Assembly: GCA_029932605.1 (NCBI GenBank)
Contig: JAOZPT010000001.1
Coordinates: 1-64,000, forward strand
Source: Candidatus Zixiibacteriota bacterium
GTDB taxonomy: Bacteria; Zixibacteria; MSB-5A5; UBA10806; 4484-95
Direction of reading: 5' to 3'
DNA: 64,000 bases
Positions 9,461 to 18,746 of the stretch are shown in pieces; position 1 is the stretch's first letter, and each line of letters begins with the position of its first letter. The notes beneath the pieces are model-generated. The model saw only the letters and a program-made list of their open reading frames with translations. It had not been told where the DNA came from and made no database searches. The position numbers and the translations under genes are program-made.

Positions 9461-9828
9461 GAGAAAACGAAAATTGGAGTTTCCCTGAAAATTTTAAGGA
9501 GAAAACAGGTATCCTTAAAAAAAATAATTGGCAAGCCTTAAACAAACGACCTTATTAACACAACCCATCATAGCTTAAACTTGCAATGAGATGTTATTAG
9601 ATTTTGTCTGTTTTATGTAAATAATTTCACACAAACAAATTTGTTTTATGAAATGGCATGTTTTAATCTGCAACAAGTGGATTATTTTTCAAATACATAA
9701 TTTGTCTCAGACAACATATTTTATTGATATTCAACGGATTGAACTTTTGCGCCACTTTGTTTCGCAAATTGGCGTTATTTTTGATTAAAAAGAATGTAAA
9801 AGAGAAAATTTGACAAGGGGAGGAAAGA

Positions 9829-9969
9829 ATGAGAAATAGATTTATCGACCTTTTATTGGAAAAAAATCGCCAGGCCGAGAAAAAGGCCTTATCTGAATCG
9901 TTGGGATTATACGAGGAGGAAGATTATACAAAATATGATCCCTGGCAGGATGACGATAAAGAAAAATAA
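9829..9969 (+). CDS. Unannotated small acidic-tailed protein, 46 aa (MRNRFIDLLLEKNRQAEKKALSESLGLYEEEDYTKYDPWQDDDKEK)
   Basis: Strong RBS GGGGAGG a few nt before the ATG, protein-like codon composition, and an intrinsic terminator downstream. Confidence 0.7.
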   Translation: MRNRFIDLLLEKNRQAEKKALSESLGLYEEEDYTKYDPWQDDDKEK

Positions 9970-9995
9970 TATTTCAATATACTATCAGTTTCTTC

Positions 9996-10022
9996 TCCCC
10001 GTCATCAGGCGGGGATTTTTTT
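9996..10022 (+). terminator. Rho-independent terminator of the 46-aa ORF
   Basis: Stem-loop TCCCCGTC-ATCA-GGCGGGGA followed by TTTTTTT. Confidence 0.75.
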
Positions 10023-10058
10023 ATTTGAAAATAAAATGCAATTTCATATTCTTGCATT

Positions 10059-10343
10059 ATGGTAAATAATAGCGATAACCAAGTCGAGTTTCCCATAGAC
10101 GGCACGCTCGATCTGCATACATTCTCACCCAAAGAGGTAAAAGAGCTTGTGCCGGATTATATAGAGGCCTGTCTGGCAAAAGAGATTTATCAGCTCAGGA
10201 TTATACATGGCAAAGGCACCGGCACACTCAGGCGGATAGTCCACAGCATTCTCGAAAAACATCCGGCTGTGTTAAACTTTTGGCATGAAGAGGGAAGCGG
10301 TGGAGGCTGGGGAGCGACGGTGGTGAATTTGAGGAGGGTTTAA
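10059..10343 (+). CDS. Stand-alone Smr/MutS2 C-terminal domain protein
   Basis: Motifs [15 protein letters not shown] and GGWGATVV. Confidence 0.92.
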   Translation: MVNNSDNQVEFPIDGTLDLHTFSPKEVKELVPDYIEACLAKEIYQLRIIHGKGTGTLRRIVHSILEKHPAVLNFWHEEGSGGGWGATVVNLRRV

Positions 10344-10477
10344 TCAACCTTCCACCGGTTTGAGGTATTTTCAAGTCTCCCTTTTTTGGTTTAAAAGTAG
10401 ACTTAGAATTCTTTGATTAAATCATAATATCCCTTGCCCTGAAAACTAAATATATTATATTGATGATGTAAAAAGAT

Positions 10478-10558
10478 AATGGGGTGGTTGCAGACCAGAG
10501 TCAGCGGCCTGAGATTACACCCTTTGAACCTGATCTGGGTAATGCCAGCGTAGGGAAT
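10478..10558 (+). ncRNA. TPP (thiamine pyrophosphate) riboswitch aptamer
   Basis: GGGG...CTGAGA...ACCCTTTGAACCTGATCTGGGTAATGCCAGCGTAGGGAA matches the THI-box consensus. Confidence 0.95.
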
Positions 10559-10566
10559 AATTTTAC

Positions 10567-10593
10567 GCCTCCTTCACGCTGGGAGGCTTTTTT
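10567..10593 (+). terminator. Riboswitch-controlled intrinsic terminator (expression platform)
   Basis: GCCTCCT...GGGAGGC hairpin plus T-tract. Its loop/3' arm (ACGCTGG) is complementary to aptamer CCAGCGT, giving a possible antiterminator. Confidence 0.8.
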
Positions 10594-10646
10594 CGTTTCC
10601 CCGCCGGCTCCAGAGAATGCCTTAAAAGGGCGTGAAAGGAGCTTTT

Positions 10647-13154
10647 ATGCTAATCACAAAAACCAAGTTTGTATTGTTAGGGTTATTACTCTTAACAGTA
10701 CCATCGTTTGGCGCATCCCTTACAGGTGTTGTCACCAACGCTGAAACGGGAACGCCTGTGGCCGGTGTGCTCATTAAAATAGCCGGCACAGACTTTACTA
10801 ATGTCACCGATACCGATGGTAGGTTTTTCTTTTCGGGTTTGCCTGAGGGAAAAATAACCATTGTGGCAAGTGTGATAGGGTATGAAATCACTAAAAAAAG
10901 TCTTGATTTAAAGCAGACACAGAACATTGACATACCGCTCAAACCGAAGGTTCTGAAGGGCCAGGATATAATCGTTACTGCTACCAGGGCCGAGAAGGGG
11001 AAAACACCGGCCGCTTTTTCCAACATGGGAAACGAAGATATCAAACAGCTATACTGGGCTCAGGATACACCGGTTCTTTTATCGGTTCTACCAAGTGTTT
11101 TCGCCTACTCCGATGCCGGTAATGGTGTTGGTTATTCATACTTAAAGATTCGCGGTTTCGACCAGAAACGGATCTCGGTGATGTTAAACGGTATCCCTTT
11201 AAACGATGCTGAATCGCATGAGGTTTTCTGGATAGACCTTCCCGATTTTGCTGCTAACGTTCAGGATATTCAGGTGCAAAGAGGAGTGGGGTCATCTCTT
11301 TATGGTGCTTCATCAATGGGTGGTTCGGTAAATCTCATCACCAACGACTTTTCAGCCATCCCGCAGATAAAATTCCAGACAGGTTACGGCAGTTACGATA
11401 CCAAGAAGCTGTCAATCTCTGGCAATTCAGGTTTGATAAATGATTCATACGTCTTCTACGGTCGGTATTCGCGGATTGAAACCGATGGTTACCGTGACAA
11501 CTCCTGGACGAAAATGTATTCTTATTTCATCGGGCTGGCTCGTTATGATGAGAACATGACCTTCAAATTCAACACCTATGGCGGGCCTGAAGAATCTCAC
11601 CTTGCCTATAAGGGAATCCCTTTTGAAATGCTTGATACTCTCAGGAAATACAACGAACTGCAGTATGAGGACGAAATCGACCATTTCAACCAGCCCCATT
11701 ATGAATTTATACATGATTGGGAAATCAATGATAATCTCGAGCTGGCTAATACGATTTACTATTTCCACGGTGAGGGTTATTATAACCAGAAAAGAAATAG
11801 AAAATATATTGAGGAGTATTTCCCGGAAATCCATTCGATTATGGTTTCTGACACAACACTTGCGCCACGAGATTATTATGACCTGGATGATTTGGGATAT
11901 TTTGTAGTAGATACGTCAGGATTATATATCCTCGAGAAGGTCGATCTTGTGCGTCGACGCACTGTTAAAGAATACGATTGGGGTTGGATACCAAGATTGG
12001 CACTTAAGCACAACGATGGGATGTTCACTTTTGGCGGAGAGATGCGAATTCATTCAGGTCACCATTTTGGCGAGGTGAGATGGGCAAGCGTTTATCCAGC
12101 TGGATTAGAACCCAATTCCCGTTATTACGATTATCGTGGCCAAAGCAACACTTTTACCATCTTCGCTCACGAAACTTACAACTTGACCAGTAGGCTCATT
12201 ATAATGGCTAATCTCCAGTATCAAAGGCATAACTACAAGCTTGAGAATGACAAGCGGTTTAATGTGACATTTGATCGCGATTACGACTTTATCTCACCTC
12301 GTGGAGGCATTAATTATCAGGTCAATGAAAATGTCAACGTTTTTGTCAATTTCTCAACGACCTCGCGTCAACCTGCTTTTAAGGATATTTACGACCCGAC
12401 TGATTACTGGTCAAATCCGTATTACAAAACTAACAATTTTAACGCATCAGGCGCTGACTGGGAATATGTTGGCATGGAGTTAAAACCGGAGAAACTTTTC
12501 GACTTGGAATTTGGTGCTGATTTTAGTAAAAGGACAGATAATTTGGTCTTTAAAGGTTCTCTCAACATTTATCGTATGCAGATTAACGATGAGTTGATAC
12601 CGTATGCCGGTCAGATCGATGATAATGGTTATCCTATTTCCGGTAATGCAGAAAAAACCATTCATCAGGGTCTAGAGTTATCTTTTGATGCACTTATGCA
12701 TAGCGAGTTTTCATTAACAGGCAATCTGAGTGTTAACGATGACCATTTTGAGTCCTACAAAGAATATGGATTTGATTGGGACATCTGGGAACCGATTGAA
12801 TATGACCGATCGGATAAGCGAATAGGAGGATTCCCCAAGGCGATTGCGAATTATCGGCTGGGCTATATACTGAAGAATTTGGATTTTGGTTTAAGCGGAA
12901 GATATGTTGGGGAACAATATATCGATAACGGCGAGGAATACAAGGTCGATGCTTACCACGTTTTCAATGCGGACATTTCATATGATTTGGGAAGGCTAAT
13001 CGGTTTTAATTCTATGAGAATCACTTTAAGGGCAAATAACCTTGCCGATACGAAATACGAGCAAGCTGGTTACATTGAGGAGGATGATGGATTACCTCGT
13101 TACATGGTAGGTGCCGAACGCAACTTTTTTGTTTCGCTTAGCACCGAATTTTGA
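10647..13154 (+). CDS. TonB-dependent outer-membrane receptor, probably for thiamine or a precursor
   Basis: Signal peptide, carboxypeptidase-regulatory-like N domain, plug motifs (IRGF, NGIPLND, QVQRG..SSLYG) and C-terminal Phe; lies behind a TPP riboswitch. The ORF track starts at 10632; the ATG after AAGGAG is at 10647. Confidence 0.9.
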   Translation: MLITKTKFVLLGLLLLTVPSFGASLTGVVTNAETGTPVAGVLIKIAGTDFTNVTDTDGRFFFSGLPEGKITIVASVIGYEITKKSLDLKQTQNIDIPLKPKVLKGQDIIVTATRAEKGKTPAAFSNMGNEDIKQLYWAQDTPVLLSVLPSVFAYSDAGNGVGYSYLKIRGFDQKRISVMLNGIPLNDAESHEVFWIDLPDFAANVQDIQVQRGVGSSLYGASSMGGSVNLITNDFSAIPQIKFQTGYGSYDTKKLSISGNSGLINDSYVFYGRYSRIETDGYRDNSWTKMYSYFIGLARYDENMTFKFNTYGGPEESHLAYKGIPFEMLDTLRKYNELQYEDEIDHFNQPHYEFIHDWEINDNLELANTIYYFHGEGYYNQKRNRKYIEEYFPEIHSIMVSDTTLAPRDYYDLDDLGYFVVDTSGLYILEKVDLVRRRTVKEYDWGWIPRLALKHNDGMFTFGGEMRIHSGHHFGEVRWASVYPAGLEPNSRYYDYRGQSNTFTIFAHETYNLTSRLIIMANLQYQRHNYKLENDKRFNVTFDRDYDFISPRGGINYQVNENVNVFVNFSTTSRQPAFKDIYDPTDYWSNPYYKTNNFNASGADWEYVGMELKPEKLFDLEFGADFSKRTDNLVFKGSLNIYRMQINDELIPYAGQIDDNGYPISGNAEKTIHQGLELSFDALMHSEFSLTGNLSVNDDHFESYKEYGFDWDIWEPIEYDRSDKRIGGFPKAIANYRLGYILKNLDFGLSGRYVGEQYIDNGEEYKVDAYHVFNADISYDLGRLIGFNSMRITLRANNLADTKYEQAGYIEEDDGLPRYMVGAERNFFVSLSTEF

Positions 13155-13170
13155 TTAAATAAGTTCCCGG

Positions 13171-14565
13171 ATGGGTCAGAAACATTATGGTATAGAGAGC
13201 GCAATCCTGCTGATAGCGTATCTGGTATTTCTGCTGATAGTGGGATTGCGCCTTTTTAAACGAGGGAAATCTGATGCTGATGATTATCTGGTCATGGGGC
13301 GACGGCTATCGCTTCCAGCATTTATCGCCAGCATCGTTTCCACCTGGTATGGTGGTATCCTTGGTGTTGGCGAGTATTCATACAGGCATGGTCTGTCCAA
13401 CTGGTTGGTTTTTGGTTTGCCTTATTATTTATCTGCATTTCTGTTTGCTGTATTTTTGGCTAAAAAAGCTCGGCGAAGCTATCAGCATACAATCCCCGAC
13501 CAGCTTGATAAAACCTATGGAAAGACTGTCTCTGTTATCGGGGCGGTTTTTGTATTTGTAACGACTGTGCCGGCAGCCTATGTCCTACAACTGGGTGTGC
13601 TGGCAGAAACAGCCTTCAATATACCTTTAACAATTGGTGTTGTCGGTGGAACTCTTTTTTCGACCATTTATATCTTTAGCGGGGGATTGCGTGGTGATGT
13701 CTTTACCGACAAGGTTCAATTTGCACTCATGTTCAGTTGTTTTGCTGTTATGGTTGTTGTGCTTATTTCTCGGTTTGGTGGTCTTTCTTTCCTTGAAACC
13801 AACCTTCCCGAATCTCATCTTATCTGGAGAGGTTCCAAGCCGGCATCGTATATATTCGTCTGGTATTTCATTGCCCTGGCAACTCTGGTTGAACCATCTT
13901 TCTATCAGCGTTGTTTTGCAGCCAAAAGCGAGAGGGTTGCCAGAAACGGGATTTTTGTCGCCATCGCTTTCTGGGCAATATTTGATTTTATGACCACCGC
14001 TACTGGTATGTATGCCCGGGTTTTGCTACCTGATTTAGCCAACCCGATAGCGGCCTACCCGGCTTTGGCGGTTCGTATACTACCGCGTGCTCTCCAGGCG
14101 GTGTTTTTGCTCGGTTTATTTGCTACTGTGATGTCCACCGTTGATTCATACACATTCATTGCCGGTGCAACCGTAGGCAAAGATATCATCTGGCGACTTA
14201 AAGGAGGAGACATCACAAAAAACAGCCGATGGGGATTGGTGGTTTCAGGAATACTGGCAGTAGTTATAGCTTTGTTTTTCCGCTCGGTTATCGATATCTG
14301 GTATTTATTTGGCACACTGGGCACCTGTGCCCTTTTGATCCCACTTGCCTCGTCGTTTTCGGAAAAATGGCGTATGACCCCAAAAATGGCGGCTATGTCC
14401 ATGATATTTTCACCTCTGGTAGCCCTTATATGGATTGTACCAAATCTATTTCTCGGTATAAAATATTTCTGGGGCATCGACCCCATATATCCGGGACTTT
14501 TGACGTCAGTTATAATATACATTTTCAGTTGCAATATAAAGAATCATTTCCACAAGCCCTTTTAG
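13171..14565 (+). CDS. Sodium:solute symporter family protein, probable thiamine/precursor transporter
   Basis: SSS motifs DDYLVMGRRL, GGLRGDVFTD, YQRCFAAKS and ATVMSTVDS; about 13 TM segments. Confidence 0.88.
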   Translation: MGQKHYGIESAILLIAYLVFLLIVGLRLFKRGKSDADDYLVMGRRLSLPAFIASIVSTWYGGILGVGEYSYRHGLSNWLVFGLPYYLSAFLFAVFLAKKARRSYQHTIPDQLDKTYGKTVSVIGAVFVFVTTVPAAYVLQLGVLAETAFNIPLTIGVVGGTLFSTIYIFSGGLRGDVFTDKVQFALMFSCFAVMVVVLISRFGGLSFLETNLPESHLIWRGSKPASYIFVWYFIALATLVEPSFYQRCFAAKSERVARNGIFVAIAFWAIFDFMTTATGMYARVLLPDLANPIAAYPALAVRILPRALQAVFLLGLFATVMSTVDSYTFIAGATVGKDIIWRLKGGDITKNSRWGLVVSGILAVVIALFFRSVIDIWYLFGTLGTCALLIPLASSFSEKWRMTPKMAAMSMIFSPLVALIWIVPNLFLGIKYFWGIDPIYPGLLTSVIIYIFSCNIKNHFHKPF

Positions 14566-14649
14566 ACCAGAAGATATTAACGGCAGACCAATAAGGCACA
14601 CCATAAATAAAGCTTGTAAACTTAAAAGACATCCTTTAATTTTTATTCC

Positions 14650-15939
14650 ATGTTAAATAGGCACTTCTTAACGACAATATTATCAAAGAGAACATTTAAC
14701 AGATTTAAAGATGAAAAAATAAAAAGGCTTATTGAAAACTTCTTCTCCCTATCCGTTCTTCAGGTGGTAAACTATATTTTACCGCTTGTTACACTGCCAT
14801 ATTTGGTGAGGGTATTAGGTGCTGAGAAGTTTGGTCTGGTCATGTTTGCCAACGCCTTTATTCAATATTTTATTATGCTCACGGACTACGGGTTTATTCT
14901 GTCGGCCACCAGGGAGATATCTGTTCACAGGGAGGATATAAAGAAAGTTTCGGAGATTTTCACCTCGGTTATGATAATAAAAATGGTGTTGTTTCTTGTA
15001 AGTTTGATTATCTTGTTTGGTATCGTATTCAGTTTCGATAAGTTCAGAAATGATTGGCAGTTATATTTTTTAACATCGGGCATGATTTTGGGTAATATTT
15101 TATTTCCGATATGGTTCTTTCAGGGTATGGAAAGGATGAAATATATAACCATTTTAAATATTACGGCCAAAACGATATTCACAGTCTTAATATTTGTTTT
15201 TATAAGAAATCAAGGTGATTACATATATGTACCGGTTTTCAATTCTTTAGGTTTTATAACGGCTGGCATTTTATCTTTTTGGATAGTAATAAAATATTTT
15301 AAGATCCGTTTATATCTACCCAAAATTTCTCGAATATACAGTTACTTTAAAGATAGCACTCAATATTTTCTTTCGAGGGTTTCAGTATCAGTATATACAA
15401 GTAGTAATACTTTCGTTGTCGGATTATTTTTGGGTAATACCGCAGCCGGATATTATTCTGCAGCCGAGAAGCTATTTTTGGCCTTAAGGATGGCATATAC
15501 TCCTTTGAATACAACTTTATATCCATACATGTGCAATACTAGAAACCTGAGATTGTATAAAAAGATATTCCTGCTGGCGTTTATCGTGAATTTAGCGCTG
15601 TGTTCTTCAATATTTCTATCCAGCGGGTTTATCATCGGCCTGCTTTATGGAGAAGGTTTTCAGGTAAGCGTAAAATTACTGCAGATGTTTTCAATACTGG
15701 GTCTTATAATAGTTCCTTCCATCTTGCTTGGATATCCCCTGCTGGCGGCTTTAGGCCATCCTAAATATGCAAACATGAGCGTCATAGTCGCTTCTGTATT
15801 TCATTTAATTATGTTGATGTTGATAATTCCCATAATCAAAATTTATTTCGTAGTCATAATAGCTATGATAACAGAAACCGTAGTGCTTCTGATCAGAGTC
15901 TATGGTATAAGAAAACATAAACTATGGAGAACTAGATGA
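14650..15939 (+). CDS. wzx: Wzx/PST-family polysaccharide flippase
   Basis: Motifs ENFFSLSVLQVVNYILPLVTLPYLVRVLG and WFFQGMERMK. Confidence 0.88.
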   Translation: MLNRHFLTTILSKRTFNRFKDEKIKRLIENFFSLSVLQVVNYILPLVTLPYLVRVLGAEKFGLVMFANAFIQYFIMLTDYGFILSATREISVHREDIKKVSEIFTSVMIIKMVLFLVSLIILFGIVFSFDKFRNDWQLYFLTSGMILGNILFPIWFFQGMERMKYITILNITAKTIFTVLIFVFIRNQGDYIYVPVFNSLGFITAGILSFWIVIKYFKIRLYLPKISRIYSYFKDSTQYFLSRVSVSVYTSSNTFVVGLFLGNTAAGYYSAAEKLFLALRMAYTPLNTTLYPYMCNTRNLRLYKKIFLLAFIVNLALCSSIFLSSGFIIGLLYGEGFQVSVKLLQMFSILGLIIVPSILLGYPLLAALGHPKYANMSVIVASVFHLIMLMLIIPIIKIYFVVIIAMITETVVLLIRVYGIRKHKLWRTR

Positions 15940-16619
15940 AAGCAGTTATCCTTGCCGCGGGTATGGGCTTACGAATTGGGAAACCTGTTCCCAAAGCTCT
16001 TTTAGAATTACCATCAGGGGAAAGCATTTTGAGCAGACAGGTTAGAATTTTTAAATCTGAGGGGATAGAGGATATAAGCGTCGTTGTGGGGTATAAAAAA
16101 GAACTGATCATGTCCCACATTCCTGATGTGCGGTTTATATTCAATCCCGAATACAGAAATACGAATACCGCTAAAAGTCTTTTGTGCGCGTTGGAGGGAG
16201 TAGAGGATGATATTATATGGGCAAACGGGGACCTCGTTTATGATGAAAACATTTTAACATTGTTAAAATCGCAAAGGTTTAATACAATTGTCGTTAACAA
16301 TGCTAAATGTGGTGAAGAGGAGGTTAAATATCTTGTGGATAAAAGTGGTAATGTTATCTCTATTTCCAAGGAAATTGAAAATGGCCAGGGTGAGGCGTTG
16401 GGAATAAATTTGATTAAGAAGAAGTCGATTAAAGTATTTATTGAGGCGTTAAATGAATGTAAGGACACTGATTTTTTCGAAAAGGCTATACAGATTTTGA
16501 TCGATAGGGGGGTAATCTTTAAACATCTCGATGTGTCTGATTACAGATGTATTGAGATTGATTTTGAAGAGGATTTGAACAGGGCTTTGATTTTATTTGG
16601 TCAGAATGGTAGAAATTGA
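15936..16619 (+). CDS. LicC-like NTP (cytidylyl)transferase
   Basis: Motifs AVILAAGMG.R, PKALL, NTAKSL, NGDLV and EIDFEEDL. Confidence 0.85.
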   Translation: MKAVILAAGMGLRIGKPVPKALLELPSGESILSRQVRIFKSEGIEDISVVVGYKKELIMSHIPDVRFIFNPEYRNTNTAKSLLCALEGVEDDIIWANGDLVYDENILTLLKSQRFNTIVVNNAKCGEEEVKYLVDKSGNVISISKEIENGQGEALGINLIKKKSIKVFIEALNECKDTDFFEKAIQILIDRGVIFKHLDVSDYRCIEIDFEEDLNRALILFGQNGRN

Positions 16620-16722
16620 AATCGCTATCAACCGAAAATTTATATTTGATTTCAAAAAGACATATTTGTTCGGGAGAAAACCAAATTCCCTATGAAAACG
16701 ATGGTAAACAGCATACTGAAAA

Positions 16723-17943
16723 TTGATAATGAAAGTTTTTAGAAGAACGATCACGCTTATAAAATGGCTTTTGGGGAGCATTATATATCTTATTTCATAT
16801 TTAGTACCCAAGGATAAAAATCTCTGGGTTTTCGGAGCCTGGTTTGGCGATAAATATTCTGATAACTCGAAATATTTTTTTGAGTATATGAATAGAGCTC
16901 ATCCCGAAATAAAAGCGGTCTGGCTGACCAACAACGATAAGGCTTTAAGATTGGTCAAGAACAAGGGTTTTGAGGTTTTAAGAACATACAGCTTAAAGGG
17001 GACCTGGTGCTCGATGCGGGCGACAGTAGGAATACTTTCAACATGGGTAAACGATATAAATAGATATACGATTTCAAAAACGCGTTTAATACAGTTGTGG
17101 CATGGTTCGCCGTTAAAAAAAATAGGCTATGATGATAAAATTTCTATTGAGAAGGAATTGCTGATTAAAAGGGTTGTTACAAGGTTGTTGCCGTTCTTGA
17201 AAAAGGGTTTAGAGATAAATATGATAATGGCTGCTTCTTCTAAAGTGCAAGGGATACTATCCGGAGCGTTCAGGGTTTCCAAAAGCAATGTAAAAATAAC
17301 AGGATATCCTAGAAACGATGTTTTCTTTATGGAAAACACCGAGAATTTTCCTATAAAACAGAAACTTCTAAAACTCAAAAATTGTTTTAAAATCGGTATT
17401 TATCTTCCCACACATCGCCAGAAAGGAAATATCGATATCGCTTCAATGTTTCTTGATACCATTGATGATGTAAACTCAAGATTAAAAAAAATTAATGTGA
17501 TTCTTCTGGTAAAATATCATTATTATCATCTGAGATCTCTTAAGGACAGGTTGGCAAGTTATTCGAATATCATTTTTTTAAGCGATGATGATATTAATCA
17601 GGATATCTATCCTGTCCTGCCGCTGGTTGATTTTTTGATTACTGATTATTCAAGTGTTTATTTTGATTATTTACTGACGGATAAACCTATAATATTTGCT
17701 CCATTTGATATGAGGCAGTATGTGAAGGATGATAGAGAGCTTTATTTTGACTATGATGAAGTGACACCTGGTGCCAAAGCCACAAATTGGGATGAGCTTA
17801 TATACTTTATAGACAGAGCAATCAAATACCCCGATGAATATAAACCGCAAAGAGATAAAATCAGGAGGATTTTCAATCAATATGACGACGGAAATAGTAG
17901 CCAGAGAGTCTTCGATGAGGTTATAAAATACACTCACTCTTGA
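16723..17943 (+). CDS. CDP-glycerol:poly(glycerophosphate) glycerophosphotransferase (TagF/TagB family)
   Basis: Motifs DNSKY, QLWHGSPLKK, GYPRND, YLPTHR and ITDYSSVYFDY. Confidence 0.9.
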   Translation: MIMKVFRRTITLIKWLLGSIIYLISYLVPKDKNLWVFGAWFGDKYSDNSKYFFEYMNRAHPEIKAVWLTNNDKALRLVKNKGFEVLRTYSLKGTWCSMRATVGILSTWVNDINRYTISKTRLIQLWHGSPLKKIGYDDKISIEKELLIKRVVTRLLPFLKKGLEINMIMAASSKVQGILSGAFRVSKSNVKITGYPRNDVFFMENTENFPIKQKLLKLKNCFKIGIYLPTHRQKGNIDIASMFLDTIDDVNSRLKKINVILLVKYHYYHLRSLKDRLASYSNIIFLSDDDINQDIYPVLPLVDFLITDYSSVYFDYLLTDKPIIFAPFDMRQYVKDDRELYFDYDEVTPGAKATNWDELIYFIDRAIKYPDEYKPQRDKIRRIFNQYDDGNSSQRVFDEVIKYTHS

Positions 17944-17974
17944 TAATTTTTGTTATTGACTAAACGTAAAATTT

Positions 17975-18418
17975 GTGTTAGATGTTTTTGAGATGTTAAA
18001 AAGTCTAACAATATGTTTGTGTTTGGTGGTCATTATCATAAGTTGCAATTCTCAACCATCACCGAAGGATGTGACTTTTGAGTTCATTGCTGCTGTATTG
18101 GATGGAGATACAACTACTATTTTGCAATATTTAGATCTTGAGCGGATGGCTGAAAGAAAGATGAAGGATATTGTTTTAAAAGATAGTATCCTTAACCCCG
18201 CTGACTTTAAAGCGGAAATCCTTAGTGAGCTTACCGGCCTTGGGCAAACCCGTAATCAATGGAAAAATCAAAGGATTTTGGTTAACAAAGAGATTGTCAG
18301 AGGGGATTCTGCCGAGGTGGAGATGACTTTTATTGACCAGTTCACGGGCACGATCAAATACTCGATGGTTTACCTTCATCATAAGGATAACCGCTGGTTG
18401 GTTTATTTCTATAAATGA
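17975..18418 (+). CDS. Putative lipoprotein (NTF2-like / DUF4878-like)
   Basis: Lipobox-like IIISC and a C-terminal GDSAEV...W pattern. The true start is probably the ATG at about 17993. Confidence 0.6.
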   Translation: MLDVFEMLKSLTICLCLVVIIISCNSQPSPKDVTFEFIAAVLDGDTTTILQYLDLERMAERKMKDIVLKDSILNPADFKAEILSELTGLGQTRNQWKNQRILVNKEIVRGDSAEVEMTFIDQFTGTIKYSMVYLHHKDNRWLVYFYK

Positions 18419-18744
18419 GAACGATAATTATCCTCACCGGTTCCTTTCTTTCAGCAATTTTACTTGTTGCCATTGTCGATATTTATGTTCCCGACCACTC
18501 GGTGATGGTTATCCCTCTGATGGTTATATTTTTTGTAATCTGGATGGTTGGATTCGGTTATGCCACTGTTCCTGAGAATCTCAAAAAAAAGACCATTGCA
18601 GTTTTAATAATCGAGGGTTTGGCTTTAGCTGTAACTGCCGTTTACTTTATCATCAGCATTGGATTTGAACCAAAATATATATTCGGTTTAACGCTGGGAG
18701 TTGCCTCTTTGATAATAATGATTCTGTTAAGAGAGAAACGTTAA
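18415..18744 (+). CDS. Small 4-TM membrane protein
   Basis: Four hydrophobic segments; start overlaps the upstream stop region. Confidence 0.65.
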   Translation: MRTIIILTGSFLSAILLVAIVDIYVPDHSVMVIPLMVIFFVIWMVGFGYATVPENLKKKTIAVLIIEGLALAVTAVYFIISIGFEPKYIFGLTLGVASLIIMILLREKR

Positions 18745-18746
18745 CG

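Noticed and set aside
10484..10744. 86-aa ORF over the TPP riboswitch
   Set aside because: Coincidental frame across the riboswitch and the start of the TonB receptor.
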